A DNA stretch of 64,000 bases, from positions 64,294,001-64,358,000 of the forward strand of contig NC_083413.1 of assembly GCF_020745735.1 (NCBI RefSeq), in the 5' to 3' direction. Position 1 is the first letter of the stretch. Each line of letters begins with the position of its first letter. The stretch comes from Hemiscyllium ocellatum (lineage: Eukaryota). The translations under genes were made by a program, and so were the position numbers. Shown in pieces: positions 24,953 to 37,300 of this stretch. The notes under the pieces are model-generated. The model did no database searches and was not told the origin of the DNA. It saw only the letters and a list, made by a program, of their open reading frames with translations.

Positions 24953-25270
24953 AGTGGTTAGCACTGCTGCCTCACAGCACCAGAGGCTTGGGTTCAATTC
25001 CCGCCTCAGGCGACTGTCTGTGTGGAGTTTGCACATTCTCCCCGTCTCTGGGAAGTTTCCTCCGGGTGCTCCAGTTTCCTTTCACAGTCCAAAAAATGTG
25101 CAGGTCAGGTGAATTGGCCATGCTACATTGCCTGTAGAGTTAGGTGAAGGAGTAAATGTAGGGGAATGGGTCTGGAAGGGTTGCGCTTCGGCGGGTCAGT
25201 GTGTACTTGGTGGGCCGAAGGGCCTGTTTCCACACTGTAAGTAATCTAATCTAATCTAATCTAATCTAAT
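24953..25270 (+). mobile_element. HE1-type SINE with (ATCTA)n tail
   Basis: Homologous to 18272 and 47631; CR1-like 3' end. Confidence 0.9.
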
Positions 25271-25671
25271 TCAGTTGGCTGCATAAAACGGATTCCCAGA
25301 AAATAATTGGGAAAGCAACCATTCAGAGCTGTTGCCACTCACCACTGACTTGACCCAGTATAGGCTGATGTGGCACTTACTTGCTGCTGCCCATTTTCCA
25401 CGGGTGGGTGGGTGGGGGGGACAGCATATGAAAAAATGAACAAAGAAGAGGCTCCTACATCTTACTGTCTATTGGAGGCATAGTCTAAGGAAAAGCTTGA
25501 AGATTGTTGTCATTTAGCAGTCTGACAGATATTGAAACTTGAAAAATTATTGCATTTCTATAATAATTCAGAATGAGCGTTGGCAAACAAAAAAAAGCAA
25601 TTTTGAGACTGAGCACCCAACAACAGCAATCCTGAACAATTGCCTTTTATAACTTCTTCACTATTGATATT

Positions 25672-25790
25672 GGAAAGGTTTGAAGGGATATCGGTCAAGA
25701 ACTAGGTGGGACTAGTTTACTTTAGGATTATGTATGCTCATTGTAGATTGATTGGACTGAAGGGTCTGTATCTGTGTTGTATGATTCTAA
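25672..25790 (+). mobile_element. Short CR1 3'UTR fragment
   Basis: TTGGACTGAAGGGTCTG motif. Confidence 0.65.
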
Positions 25791-26122
25791 ATAAAAATGT
25801 AGCATTTCTATCAAAACCATACAATCAAAAAGTGATACATTTACAGCATTGGCATTAACATAACACAAATGCATTGTAGTCTGTTAAGTATGCTAATAAT
25901 TTTAAATTTCATATTTCCTGAGTCACTTGTATTACTGAACATTGTCAACATTTTTGAATTCTGCTCACCTGTAATTGGATGCAACTATGGTATATGATGA
26001 GAAAAATCAGCTGCAAAACTCAGATGATAAACTTTAGTAACTATTTATTAAACACCGAGTGCATTATTGCCGTTGAATCATTGGATGTATTTGATTTATA
26101 GTGTGGAATATCAATTTGGAGA

Positions 26123-26256
26123 CAGTGAGGATTGCAGATGCTGGAGATCAGAGTCCAGAGTGTGGTCAGACAGCATCCGAGGAGCAGGAGAATTGACGTT
26201 GTGGGTATAAGCCCCTCATCAGCATTCCTGTGCTTTTCCAGCACCACACTCTGGAT
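26123..26256 (-). mobile_element. Penelope-terminus element (family P2), degenerate
   Basis: Homologous to 32385-32517 and 40237-40462. Confidence 0.7.
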
Positions 26257-27963
26257 TGCAATGTCAACCTGCGGTGTCATGGATACAATGCTGACTATTA
26301 TTGCTGATTACTCTTCTGTCCCATTGGAGATCATTTAATTTCAATTTGGCATTCCCTGACAGTTACACAGTTGAATTTGTAAATTAGGGATGTGTATCTG
26401 GACACTATCGTTCATTATCACACAACGTTGTCATTCCATCATGTTAAAGTATTTAATTTGGTTTTGTGCTAGCTTATTACTAATGATTATTTTGTACCAA
26501 GATCTACCGTGCACTGCAATATATGGCATCCACTCTGCCTGTTCTCAGTACACACAAAATCCGTTGATCATCAACTTAATGTGCAATCTGAGCATCAAAA
26601 TCGATTTTTACAAGTTTCTTGCCCTAGTGCTGTTGGACCAGGTTGCTGTTAGACTCTGGTTTACAATTTTTTCTTCCAATCTCACAGCCAAATGCCTGCT
26701 TCTGACCTCCTGTCTCTTCGTGGTCTTGCAGTTCCCCATCACCCAACTCCACCTAATCAGCTGGTTCTCCTCACCCTCCTGACACAGAATAGTCAAAATA
26801 ACTGACAAAAACTCGAAGCATTCCCGTAACCAGGGTTGGGAAATATTACTGCAATGTGCAAGCGTAAACAATCTGTTTCCATGGTTTCGCGACTTATTAA
26901 TGATGGGTCACACGTGTTTGTGAAGTTGTCCTTCCGAAGTGGAAATTCCCATTTCAGCTCCAGACTGGCGCAGTGTCAGATTGAAGTCTGGTTGTGAAAA
27001 AAAAAGTACTTCTATGTCTAGATTACATCGTTCAGACACTCGCAAGTGCTTCACCTGTTGGGTGTCCGCAGGCCGATTCCCGGCACAGGGGCAGGTTTAC
27101 TGAAATGCCAGGGGGAGCCCTCAGAGGCGATTAGTTCGGGAGGGTAGTGCTGGGAAGGAGAGGGGTGCGAGTTGGCGTGGATCGGGAGCAGGTGATCGCA
27201 GAAAGGGGACGGGAAGTGTGGGAGGCGATTACCAGGAGGGGAGAGGGCAGAGGTGCGGATAGGTTCAGGGCAGGTTGGCCAGAGTTAGTCGCCGGTGTGT
27301 TTTTGACATGGGGGAAGCACTCCCAGTTCTCAAAGTGTCACACTCATGGGTGTGGCTGCTTGCAGCCTGCAGTGGCCCATTTAAAGGTGATCGCCTCCTC
27401 CCCAGCCTCGGTTTCCCTTAGTGGCGTGAATAGAGCTTCAGACAGGTTTTAAGGGGACCTAATTGTACATGCAAGTCGGTTTAATGGTTGATTCAGGCAT
27501 GGACTTTCAACATCATTTTATTGGTGGTATAATGATACGGTAGTTTGATCTCGGAATGACCATTTGCTTCCTCATTGTCACAGTGAAGACGAACGATCTT
27601 GAAAAATTGCTCCTGAATAGCCGATAGATCACGCTGTATAGAAAACTACTAGACAACGAAATTGGATGCCAAAATTGTGAACAGAAAGTATTTTGAAAAT
27701 CCTGGGCCCTGTCCAGGTTCTATCCTTTCTTAGTTTTCTCAGAACGCTAACAAGCTCGACAAGTTATCCCAATCAAGCCTATTCTTAGCAGAAAGGTACA
27801 CATTTGTTTCTGCTCAGTACCCACTAGGAGTTAGACACCGATAAACATTGTAACAGAAACGGGTTGCAATTCACATGATTAGATATTGCAACAGGCTGCA
27901 ATAGGTTGACAAACTGTGTCTGGAACAAGTATTTGATGTTTTAAAGTAGCATTGAACCATCTG

Positions 27964-28024
27964 GACACGCGACTGAATTGCATCAGCTGGAGCGTGGGAA
28001 ATATCGGCAGACAAAGGTTCTTTG
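27964..28024. promoter_or_regulatory. Candidate distal enhancer: CACGCG, CAGCTG (27984), CGTGGGAA (27993), ACAAAG (28011)
   Basis: Same motif order and spacing as 16195-16256. Confidence 0.55.
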
Positions 28025-29237
28025 ATAAACAGGCCATTTATCCCTTTCTACTCTCCGGCCCTACTCTTAATTGAGGTGAATTTAGATTGCAATCTTTAAC
28101 TCACTTTATCTCACCATCTGGGATTGTAAACAATAGGTCCCACATTTTGATGGTAAAGTTCAATGGAGCGTTATCTATGCTTATTTTTAAAAATTAAAAT
28201 ATTTGTCTTCGGAATGAATTTTACAGGGATTTAGGTCAATAAAAAAATCTTGTCTTACACTTAAGCGTTTCCATTATACTACCACCATTATTTATGATTC
28301 AGAAGTGTCAAAACAACAATAATGTCATGTGGCTTCAGACTTGGAACTAAAATTATTTTGTTTTGGTGGTTAAAAGGTTGTTTGATACCATCAGATTGTT
28401 TTCTCATCTTTCAAAAACGTAGATGACTAAATTCACTCATGATTTCCACCTCAAGTCAACTAATTCAATTGTATGTGCAGAGCAGAGAATGGGAGTGGAT
28501 TTGATCAAGCCTTGGGTAGTTTAATAGGCGGGCTATAGTCCCTAGTGAGACTTACCAGTCGCAGCGACCAAAAAGGAGAGCAGATGATCCTTGGGCGTCC
28601 TTATTCCTTCAACAATCTGTGTTTGGAGAAAAGTGGCTAAATTTAGGGGAAGGGTTGTTAATGATTGGAATTTTTTTATATATATAAAAAAGCTACTACA
28701 AATGATTGCAATGTGGCCCCCTGCATTAATGATTTGATCGCTACCGCCGCTGTACCTGCCTTTACGGCCAGTAACTACTATCATTGTAGATCGCCTATGT
28801 TCCCACGCTACCAATAGCACTCAGTGTCGCTCAGTGCGGGGTGAAGTGTATGCAACCACATTTGTCATTAATAAATTTAACAGCCAGTCTTCATCATAGA
28901 AATATCATATTTGCCGGTATATGACTCAGGCGCATAGAGGGAGCGTGGCAGAGCAAGTTGTCGAATCTAAAGAGGGGGCATTGCTGGTTTTGTTGGTGCC
29001 TTTGAGTGATTATCCTTCCCACACTGTCCATGCTCTGTCCCCATCTGGTCTGCGTTCCTCAAATAAAAGCAAAATACTGGGGCGCTGGAGAACTGAAATA
29101 AAAACAGAAAAGGCTGGACGTCTGGCGGCAGTTGGCGAGAGAGAAACCGAGCTCATTGTCTGTCTCAACAGAAGCTGCCAGATCTATTGGTCTTTGATTA
29201 TGATTGAAGAAACTAGAAATACCATTTCCAGGTTCAC

Positions 29238-29345
29238 GATTTGGAGATGCCGGTGTAGGACTGGGGTGTTCAAAGTTAAAAATCACACATCACCAGGTTT
29301 ATTTGGAAGCACTCTAGCTTTCGGAGCGCTGCTCCGTCATCTGAC
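29238..29345 (-). mobile_element. Penelope-terminus element (P1) fragment
   Basis: TTGGAGATGCCGGTG...CTAGCTTTCGGAGCGCTGCTCC. Confidence 0.75.
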
Positions 29346-29789
29346 GGTTGTTCCACCTTCATCTGAGATAAAATGTGTGTTTGAGGGAGATGAAGACGCT
29401 GGTAGATATTTGTTGGATGGTCATCAGTGTCCACCATTGTTCAGTGCATGAAGCAACTTGCATCACGAACCGCAAAGCCCCGCCCCCTTCACCACCCCCA
29501 TCACCTCCCCCTCCCCTGTTATCTCCCCCCGATCTCTCCCTCAACTTTGGTGTCATTGCCCTGCCCTTAATGGGCTCTGTACGTAAGTTAAGCAATTTAA
29601 TAATAAAAAAGGTGGTTTACTGGTGGAGGTCAATAGATGAAAAAAAGCATTTGATTTGGTGATGGGGATGCGCCCGTCTGCTGTGTGCAAGAGCAATTCT
29701 GCATGTAAAAGGAAAACCGAGCATTTTCGGGGGATGTTGAAATAACTCAGCTGGGAGTGCATTGGACTGAAAAGATTAAGGCTTCAAAT

Positions 29790-30025
29790 CTTGAGGTGCA
29801 ATGACAGTGTCTCTGTCTTTGAGCTAGAAGGCCCATGTTCAAGTCCCATCTGCTCCAGAAGTGCACGCTAATAACTCTGAACAGGTTGGTTAGAATATAT
29901 TTTGAAGAGGAATTCAGTCGGATTCTTTTAGCGCAGTAGTAGTATTCCTACCTCTGAGGTACAAGATTCAAATTCAAGACCCACCTGCTCTAGTGTGGTG
30001 TAATAACATTCCCAAACAGATTGAT
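29790..30025 (+). mobile_element. Two short tRNA-like SINE remnants (related minus-strand copies at about 36945-37052 and 49090-49195)
   Basis: Shared TTCAAG.CCCA.CTGCTC core following an A-box-like segment. Confidence 0.55.
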
Positions 30026-30615
30026 TAAAAAAGGACTATAAGATATGCTAATTTAAGTTGCTCTACTGGGTCCCAGCCATATGGCACTAGTGATATTATT
30101 TCATTCCCCACCAAAGCCATTCCGTGACTTTTTTTGACTGAAGCAACAAAATTCATAATTTTATGGTTAAAAAAAGACTGGCCTAGGTATAGAACTGATG
30201 AGGAAGTAAGAGATAGTAAATAGACATATACTTCAGCTGACAGGGTGTGATACATCATATCCTTTAGCAACCTCTATAGATCGCTTAACTTTTCACAATA
30301 TTTAGAAATGACTTAGATTAAGAAATACAGAACTGTATATTCACATTTGCTGCCACTCCAAAGTGGAGCACGCAGTAAGTAACACAGTAGTGAGCGGTAA
30401 AGAGCAGAACTATGACAGATTAAGATCAATGTGGGGAAAGATCAGGTTATCAATTTTGGATAGATAAATCAATGCATTTTCTAAATGATGAGAATTAGGA
30501 ACTGTAGTTAAGTAATGGTTTTTACAGGTTCAAGTTCAGAAATCACTAAAGATAGTGCTATGATCCATGAAGGAGAGATGAACTGGTTTTATATACATTC
30601 TTTTTAGTTATAATT

Positions 30616-30958
30616 AGTCATAGAGATATGCAAGAATGGAAACAGACCCTTTGGTCCAACTCGTCCACGCTGACCAGATATCATAAATTAGTCTAGTCCC
30701 TTTTGCCAATATTTCACCCACATCCCTCTAAACTCTTCTTATCCATATACCCATCCAGATGCCTTTTAAATGTTGTAATTGTACCAGCCTCCACTACTTC
30801 CTCACAGTTGCACCACCTTCTGTGGGGAAAATGCTGCCTCTTTGGTCCCTTTTAAAACTTTCTTCTCTCACTTTAAACCTATGCCCTCTAGTTTTGGACT
30901 CCCCTACCCTGGGGTAAAGACCTTGTCTATTCACCCTATCCAGGCTCCTCATGATTTT
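30616..30958 (-). mobile_element. CR1 3' fragment
   Basis: Homologous to 23571 and 55062 ends. Confidence 0.85.
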
Positions 30959-32384
30959 AGAACTGGAACACAAAAAAAAGACTTGAGAGAAAAAAAAATG
31001 CTATTTTATACTGAATGACAAGAGGATGTTGATTATCAGACCAGGCATTGAGCTTCTGGTAAAGGCATCACAGAGTATGACAATAGACATTAGGTGCAGG
31101 AGTAGGCCATTCTGCCCTTCGAGCCTGCACCATGTCAGAAGCAACTCAGTCAAGCTCCTTAACAAATAAATAAATACAAAACAAACAAACAAATATTTTA
31201 TTGCTAACAAAATTTACACAATCAAAGATATGGGATTATTTATAAAAGTCTAAACTTTTGTGCAAACGTATACGATTATCGATCTTGAAAACTAATATGC
31301 ACACATGTACCATTCAAATTTGGAGAAAAAACTCAGCAAATTGTTATCTTAAATGTTTTTTGGCCAAATAAATGTAGTTAAATTCAGAAGAAATAGTTAT
31401 TATAATATGTCCAAATGTCGATTCTTAGCTGAAATAGCTTTGCAAACAGGTTTTTGGAACTAGTGTGCCATTCTGAATTAATTATGACTGGCTGAATTCA
31501 ATTCTTTGGTGACGATGGTGTGGACTTTGAAGATTTGTTTAGGAATCCTCCACATGTGGTAATGAGGTCTTCCACTGGGTTTTGAACTCACAATGTTTGA
31601 TGAGAGGGATTTCAGAGAAACAGAGAGAGGTAAAAGGCTATAGTTCCTACCAAGTTCTCTGTATTCAAATTCAATTGCTTTATGCCATCCATAAACTGAT
31701 CATGCATTTGTTTTTGAAAGTATTGTAAAATCAGTGATTGTAGTCAAATGGCTTGCATCCTTTGTAAATACAATATTTTTCCTTGTTGCAGCCAGTTCCA
31801 TTTGCTTTGCTTTCTTCCTAAGAATTCTTTCCTAAGATGTCAGTTATATTATAAATGAATATTTTAACAGCAGTGCAAAATAATTAAAAAGGCTAAAGGG
31901 GTTTGGCTTTTATCTCAAATGAGCTTGAATGAAAAGAATGGAAGCTTGTTAGTTATATGAAACTCTGGTTAGATTAATTTGACCTTGGTGGCCATGGTTT
32001 TCAAAGTCAGCCTGTGTCAGGCCCCAACCATGGGGCCCTTTGTAAGTCCTAACCATTGAACTTGGAGAAAGTGCAGCACAGATTCAACATTATGGCACCA
32101 AAAATGTATGAGGACATTTTTGAGAAAGGAGTTGAACTCAGAGTATCAGGTCAAGAAATAGAATCAGTCTGCATGGAAATTAGGAATATGAAGATTAAAA
32201 AACGTAGTTGGGAGTAATGTCACAATGATTTAAATTATGGACTTCTATTTTTTAAAAAATTCCATCATCCAATTTAATACTTGGGACTGCATTGACTGAA
32301 ATGTTTTTTAAACAAATGCTAAAAGCCCTGCCCTAAAATGCTCACAGACATCTCCTGACTCCACTAGTTGTAATGTTTAAGAAG

Positions 32385-32517
32385 AATTCCTGAAGAAGGG
32401 CTTATGCCCGAAACATTGATTCTTCTGTTCCTTTGATGCTGCCTGACCTGCTGTGCTTTTCCAGCAACACATTTTTCAGCTCTGATCTCCAGCATCTGCA
32501 GTCCTCACTTTCTCCTA
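32385..32517 (+). mobile_element. Penelope-terminus element (P2) with hammerhead-like motif
   Basis: CTGAAGAAGGGCTTATGCCCGAAAC; near-TSD GTAATGTTTAAGAA / GTAAAGTTTAAGAA. Confidence 0.8.
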
Positions 32518-32956
32518 GTAAAGTTTAAGAAACCAATTTACTTCAAAACTGAAACAGATGGTCTTATGTTAATATTTAATCTAAGCAGAATGAAACTAGC
32601 CAAAAAACATCTGTTTTCCCCACAAAAAAACTGGAGAGATGTGAAAAGGCACATCTCCTATTTTGATTTGCTCCCTTACTATATAGTTCACCTGTTGGAA
32701 ATAGAACTTCACCTACAAAAAATAAACCTAAAACATCACTTCTGCAGAGATGGAATACATGAACAAGCTGTCTTCCAAGGAGCTGCTTTTGGCAATGAAG
32801 AGGGAGGCATTTTTTTTTTGACCACAGAACTGAAGTAGTTTGGAAAAGACTTGTCTCTCCCTTTCTTCGCTTTCCTCACAAAAAGAGGGAAAACAGTGAT
32901 ATGCTGACTGGAGAGAAACACCAGAACTGAAAACTTAAGATGGTCCCAGAAATTAA

Positions 32957-33370
32957 GATTTGGAGATGCTGATGTTGGACTGGGATGTACAAAGTTAAAA
33001 ATCACACAACACCAGGTTATAGTCCAAAAGGTTTAATTGGAAGCACACTAGCTTTCGGAGTGACGCTCCTTCATCAGATGATAGTGGAGGGCTCAATCCT
33101 AACACAGAATTTATAGCAAAAATTTAGTGTGATGTAACTGAAATTATACATTTAAAAATTGATTGTTCAGCTTTTCATCTGTTAGGATACAGTGATACAA
33201 TCAATTTTTCAATGTATAATTTCAGTTATATCACACTGTAAATTTTTGCTATAAATTCTGTGTTACGATCGAGCCCTCCACTATCACCTGATGAAGGAGC
33301 GTCACTCCGAAAGCTAGTGTGCTTCCAATTAAACCTGTTGGACTATAACCTGGTGTTGTGTGATTTTTAA
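32957..33370. mobile_element. Palindromic Penelope-terminus element (P1), arms about 170 bp
   Basis: Long inverted repeat; perfect 12-bp TSD CCCAGAAATTAA (32945-32956, 33371-33382); homologous to 56000-56215. Confidence 0.9.
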
Positions 33371-34149
33371 CCCAGAAATTAACTAACTAACCAACTACGT
33401 GCCAAGGGCACCCAAAGGACTCTAAACTGTACATTGTTTCATTTTCAATTTTGTACTGGACTTTTAATTGTGTGTGTGTGTGTGTCTGTGTCTGTCTGTC
33501 TGTCTGTTGTGATCTCCTGAAAGGTCAGTCAGGGGTATGGGCCAACTATTCCTGTGATGTGACAGTGGGTGGGATCCAGTCTGATCCACAAGCAGGAGAC
33601 ATGGTGAGGTGTCCCTACTGAGTGAGTAAGAAGCAAGGAGGGCTTTTTTTGAGGATAAGATGTGTGAGAGTTAAAAGAAGATGTGTCCATTACTCTTGCG
33701 GAGTGCAAATCACTGATCCTTCCTGCACCATGAGGTGTTCAGCTTCACCCAGGACACTGCACTCTTTCAAGGCTGTAGATTGTGTCCAAGCCGGTTGTTC
33801 TTGGTAACTCAGTTGGTGGACCTCAGTGGAAAATGCTCACCTCTCCACCACAGTGACCAGCAACATCTCCAGGTCTCCGACTGTGAACCAGGGTGCAAGC
33901 TTTCCTTTCCTCTGGGCCAGGTGTATAGTAATAACTCCCAACAACCACAGTGTGAGGGCCAGGTCCAGGCTTGCAACAAGCATATCACACTGAATCCCAC
34001 CCTTTGTCCCATTGCAAAACAAATGGCCCATTCCTCAACTAGCCCGTCAGGAGAGTACCATGTACATGCACATACATTCTCACATAAACACATACATCTG
34101 CACACACAAAGTTAGGGAGTGATAATGTCTAAGCGCAAAATTGAAAACA

Positions 34150-34392
34150 AAACAACAGTTTAGAGTCCTTTGGGCACCCTTGAGGCATGGGTGGGAGGGA
34201 CCAATCATTTGAGACAGAGCTGAGGAGAAATTTCTTTATGTAAAGAGTTATGATTTGTTCAAATGCTCTAACCTGAAGAGTTGTGGAAACACCATCATTG
34301 AACATATTTAAGGTTGGAAAGGACAGATGTAGAATATCTTGCAGGCCCACTGGTCAGTATGGTCTTATTCTGCTCCCATTCTGTATGTTTTT
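34150..34392 (+). mobile_element. Old CR1 3' fragment
   Basis: GAGCTGAGGAGAAATTTCTT...CTTATTCTGCTCC. Confidence 0.55.
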
Positions 34393-37300
34393 GTTTGATT
34401 CAGGTACTGAATTTAGTGATTGATATTAAGCCAAATTAAATTATATTTGAAAATAGTGTACAAATTTCGTATCATTAAGCAATCACATGAATGGTGTAAG
34501 TGTTTGATTGCCATGTGACTGAAGATAGCATAACTAAACCTCCAGGAACAGCTCAAACCAGGCTTGGCAATACTTTGAGCACAATTGTCCATAATCAGCT
34601 TTTTCAATAATATTTTATAGCAGTCTTAATTTTCTTTAACTGCTCACAGTACTTGTCTTAATTTTCCTGGCTATTAGGATCTTTTAATCTACATATCATA
34701 AACTAATGTGTATTATCTGTCTTGTAAATGACTAATTAGTCATTTTGGTTTCTTCTGACTATTGTTAAAATCAGGTGAGAAAGGGTGAATCTACTTCAAA
34801 ATCTACTTTTTTGGACACAACAAATATTTAATATTCTTTTAACATGCATCTATATTATATGAAACAATTATAAGGTTGTAAGAAATAGAAGAAAGAGGGA
34901 TTCCTTTACTTATTAACCCCAAGTAAAATAACAAAATATGACATCAGATACACACACAAATGTGGGTATGAAGTTTATAAAAGGGAGACTGTTGATTACT
35001 AAAAAAGATGAGGACTAGGCAGTTAAAAGCTCTTGAGAGTTCTTGAGGTGTTAAGTTTTCACCTGAGATCACATTTGTTTAATTGACCTCTTGTATTCTC
35101 AATAGTGGTGAAATTATTCGATATCCTGGAGTTCCTTGTGAATGCATGCTTCTCCAATTTACTTCACCATCAGTCATTGTATTTTGAGAGGCTCAGAGAA
35201 AAAGAGGGAGATACAGAAAGCCAATTTTCTAGTTCTGCTGTTACAAATATTTTTAAAAAATCTTTCTCCCTACTGAAATCTGTTGCCTGGAATAAAGTTT
35301 CTTTGTCTATTCCTCCATCTGGCTTCACTGATTTTTTTTTCAAGCTGGATAATCTACTGACAACTTTCATCCCAATATGTGAAACTTCTGGAAAGGCATA
35401 AGTCAAACAGAATTCAGATCTGAATGTCTGATTTCAGTGATTTTGGAAGCATGTTAATTCCAAGTCAGACTGTATCTTGAAAATTGATGGTTTTATGAAC
35501 TGGCTCAACTGTGGTCAGGATGAGCATTGAGACCATCTTACGACAGCATTTTCCTTTTGCTAAACTATTTTAATCTATGAAAGGTTCCAGGTATAAAAGT
35601 CAAATGATGACAATCAGAAATTGATAATTCATTTTAATCACGAGCAGAGCACCATGCGCACTACTTTGAATATCAAATGGTATGTAACATTTATATTTTT
35701 GAATTCAGTTTTAATTAATGCTGTTTATATTTAGCATCAGTTGCTTTTCCAGCCCTAAAGTTGACACCTTTGCCAAAATCCTCTGCCATCTAATGAAAGT
35801 TAACCTAAAACCTGGCATTAGTTGCAGATTTTCATTACCAACCAATTGAGCCAGTTTCTCAGCTACTCTTTCATATGAAAAATAGATACCAAGTTAAATT
35901 CACAACTAAGTATTACATTTAGCACATGATTCATCTTCCAATTGAGTTTTCTGTCCAAAGGCAAGTCCATAGTAATTATTTGCCGAATCATTGCAAAATA
36001 CTATTTTTTTTCTACTACAGGTAACAGAAAGAGACAGAAGCCAAGTCTGTTCATACCAGAACAGGGATCAAAACCCATGCTGATTAATCTGATCCACATG
36101 ATTGCTGCCTAGCCAAGATATTCCCCCACACCACCTTGGTATATGATACTTCTGGTTGCTCTTTTCACATGTTAAGAAACAGTCTTAAATGTGAGCAACG
36201 TCTTTCCTGTTGCATGTACTATAATGCCTTCTACAGGTAGAATAATGTCAGTGCACACATTTAGATTTTGTTTCCATAAACCTCTGCAGACTTTCTGCAC
36301 ATTGCTTCAGATGCAATACTTTCCTAACTATTCTTCAAGTGCATCTTGCTCAAATTTTTATCATTGATTTTCTCTATTTATTTTCTTGCCTCTCATTTTT
36401 AATTTAAAATACAATTTCACAGAATGGGTTTGCATGACAGCTGGTCTACACGTTCCCTAATTTTCCCCTCCTGATAGATTTAACTAAAGTTGTGATTATT
36501 TTCTTACTTTGAAATATTGTCTGTGGATGCATTTGTCAGTAGACTACTGTGAGAGAGCTGAGAATATATAAAAGACAGGAATGCAGCCTCTATAACACTT
36601 TCTGTTCTTGATTTTCGATGTGGTTGGTTAGTTATTTATTAGTGATTCATAATACCACTACAAATTTCTAAATTTCTAGAAAAGCTGCAGTAAATCTCTG
36701 TGAAATTATATATGTTGATCATAAGTTCTCAGTTATTTCAAGCAAGGAATAAAGATGAAGATCTATATGCTTGAGAGAAATTGGAAAGCATAAGTCCCAC
36801 ATAAAAGCAGATATTGCATTTAATGATATTAATACCTTATTTATATAACATCTTTATAGTAGTAAAATGTCCCAAAATGCTTCAAAGGAATGTGATCAAA
36901 CAAAATTTGATACTGAATGATATACAGAAATACTTTTCCTTCTAATCAATCTGATCAAGGCTGTTATTACATACTTTTGGAGCAGGTGGGACATGAATCC
37001 AGGCCTCCTGGTCCAGGAATAGGGACACCACTACTACGCCACTAGAGGGCCCAGTAAAAGCTTGGTCAATGTGATAGGTTGAAGGAGAAGAGAAATAAGA
37101 GAATTGTTCTGAAAGGGTTGATGTTGAAAACTGTCCGTCTCTATCAGTTTAATGATAGCAGTCTAAGTTAGCTCAAGATCCCAAAGTAACATCCTTGATT
37201 CTGATATACTTGGCAATTATGAATAACCAGCCAATGCAACTCTACACTTATTGCTATCATGCAATAAATTCTATCTTGTTGTTAAGAGAAGAGACCCTTC

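Noticed and set aside
28672-28691. Perfect AT palindrome T6(AT)4A6
   Set aside because: Simple-sequence product; no supporting context
28921-29451. 176-aa ORF in the distal block
   Set aside because: Runs through two Penelope-terminus fragments; no domain
36005-36026. Recursive-splice-like TTTTTTTCTACTACAG|GTAACA
   Set aside because: Imperfect donor and no evidence of a host intron
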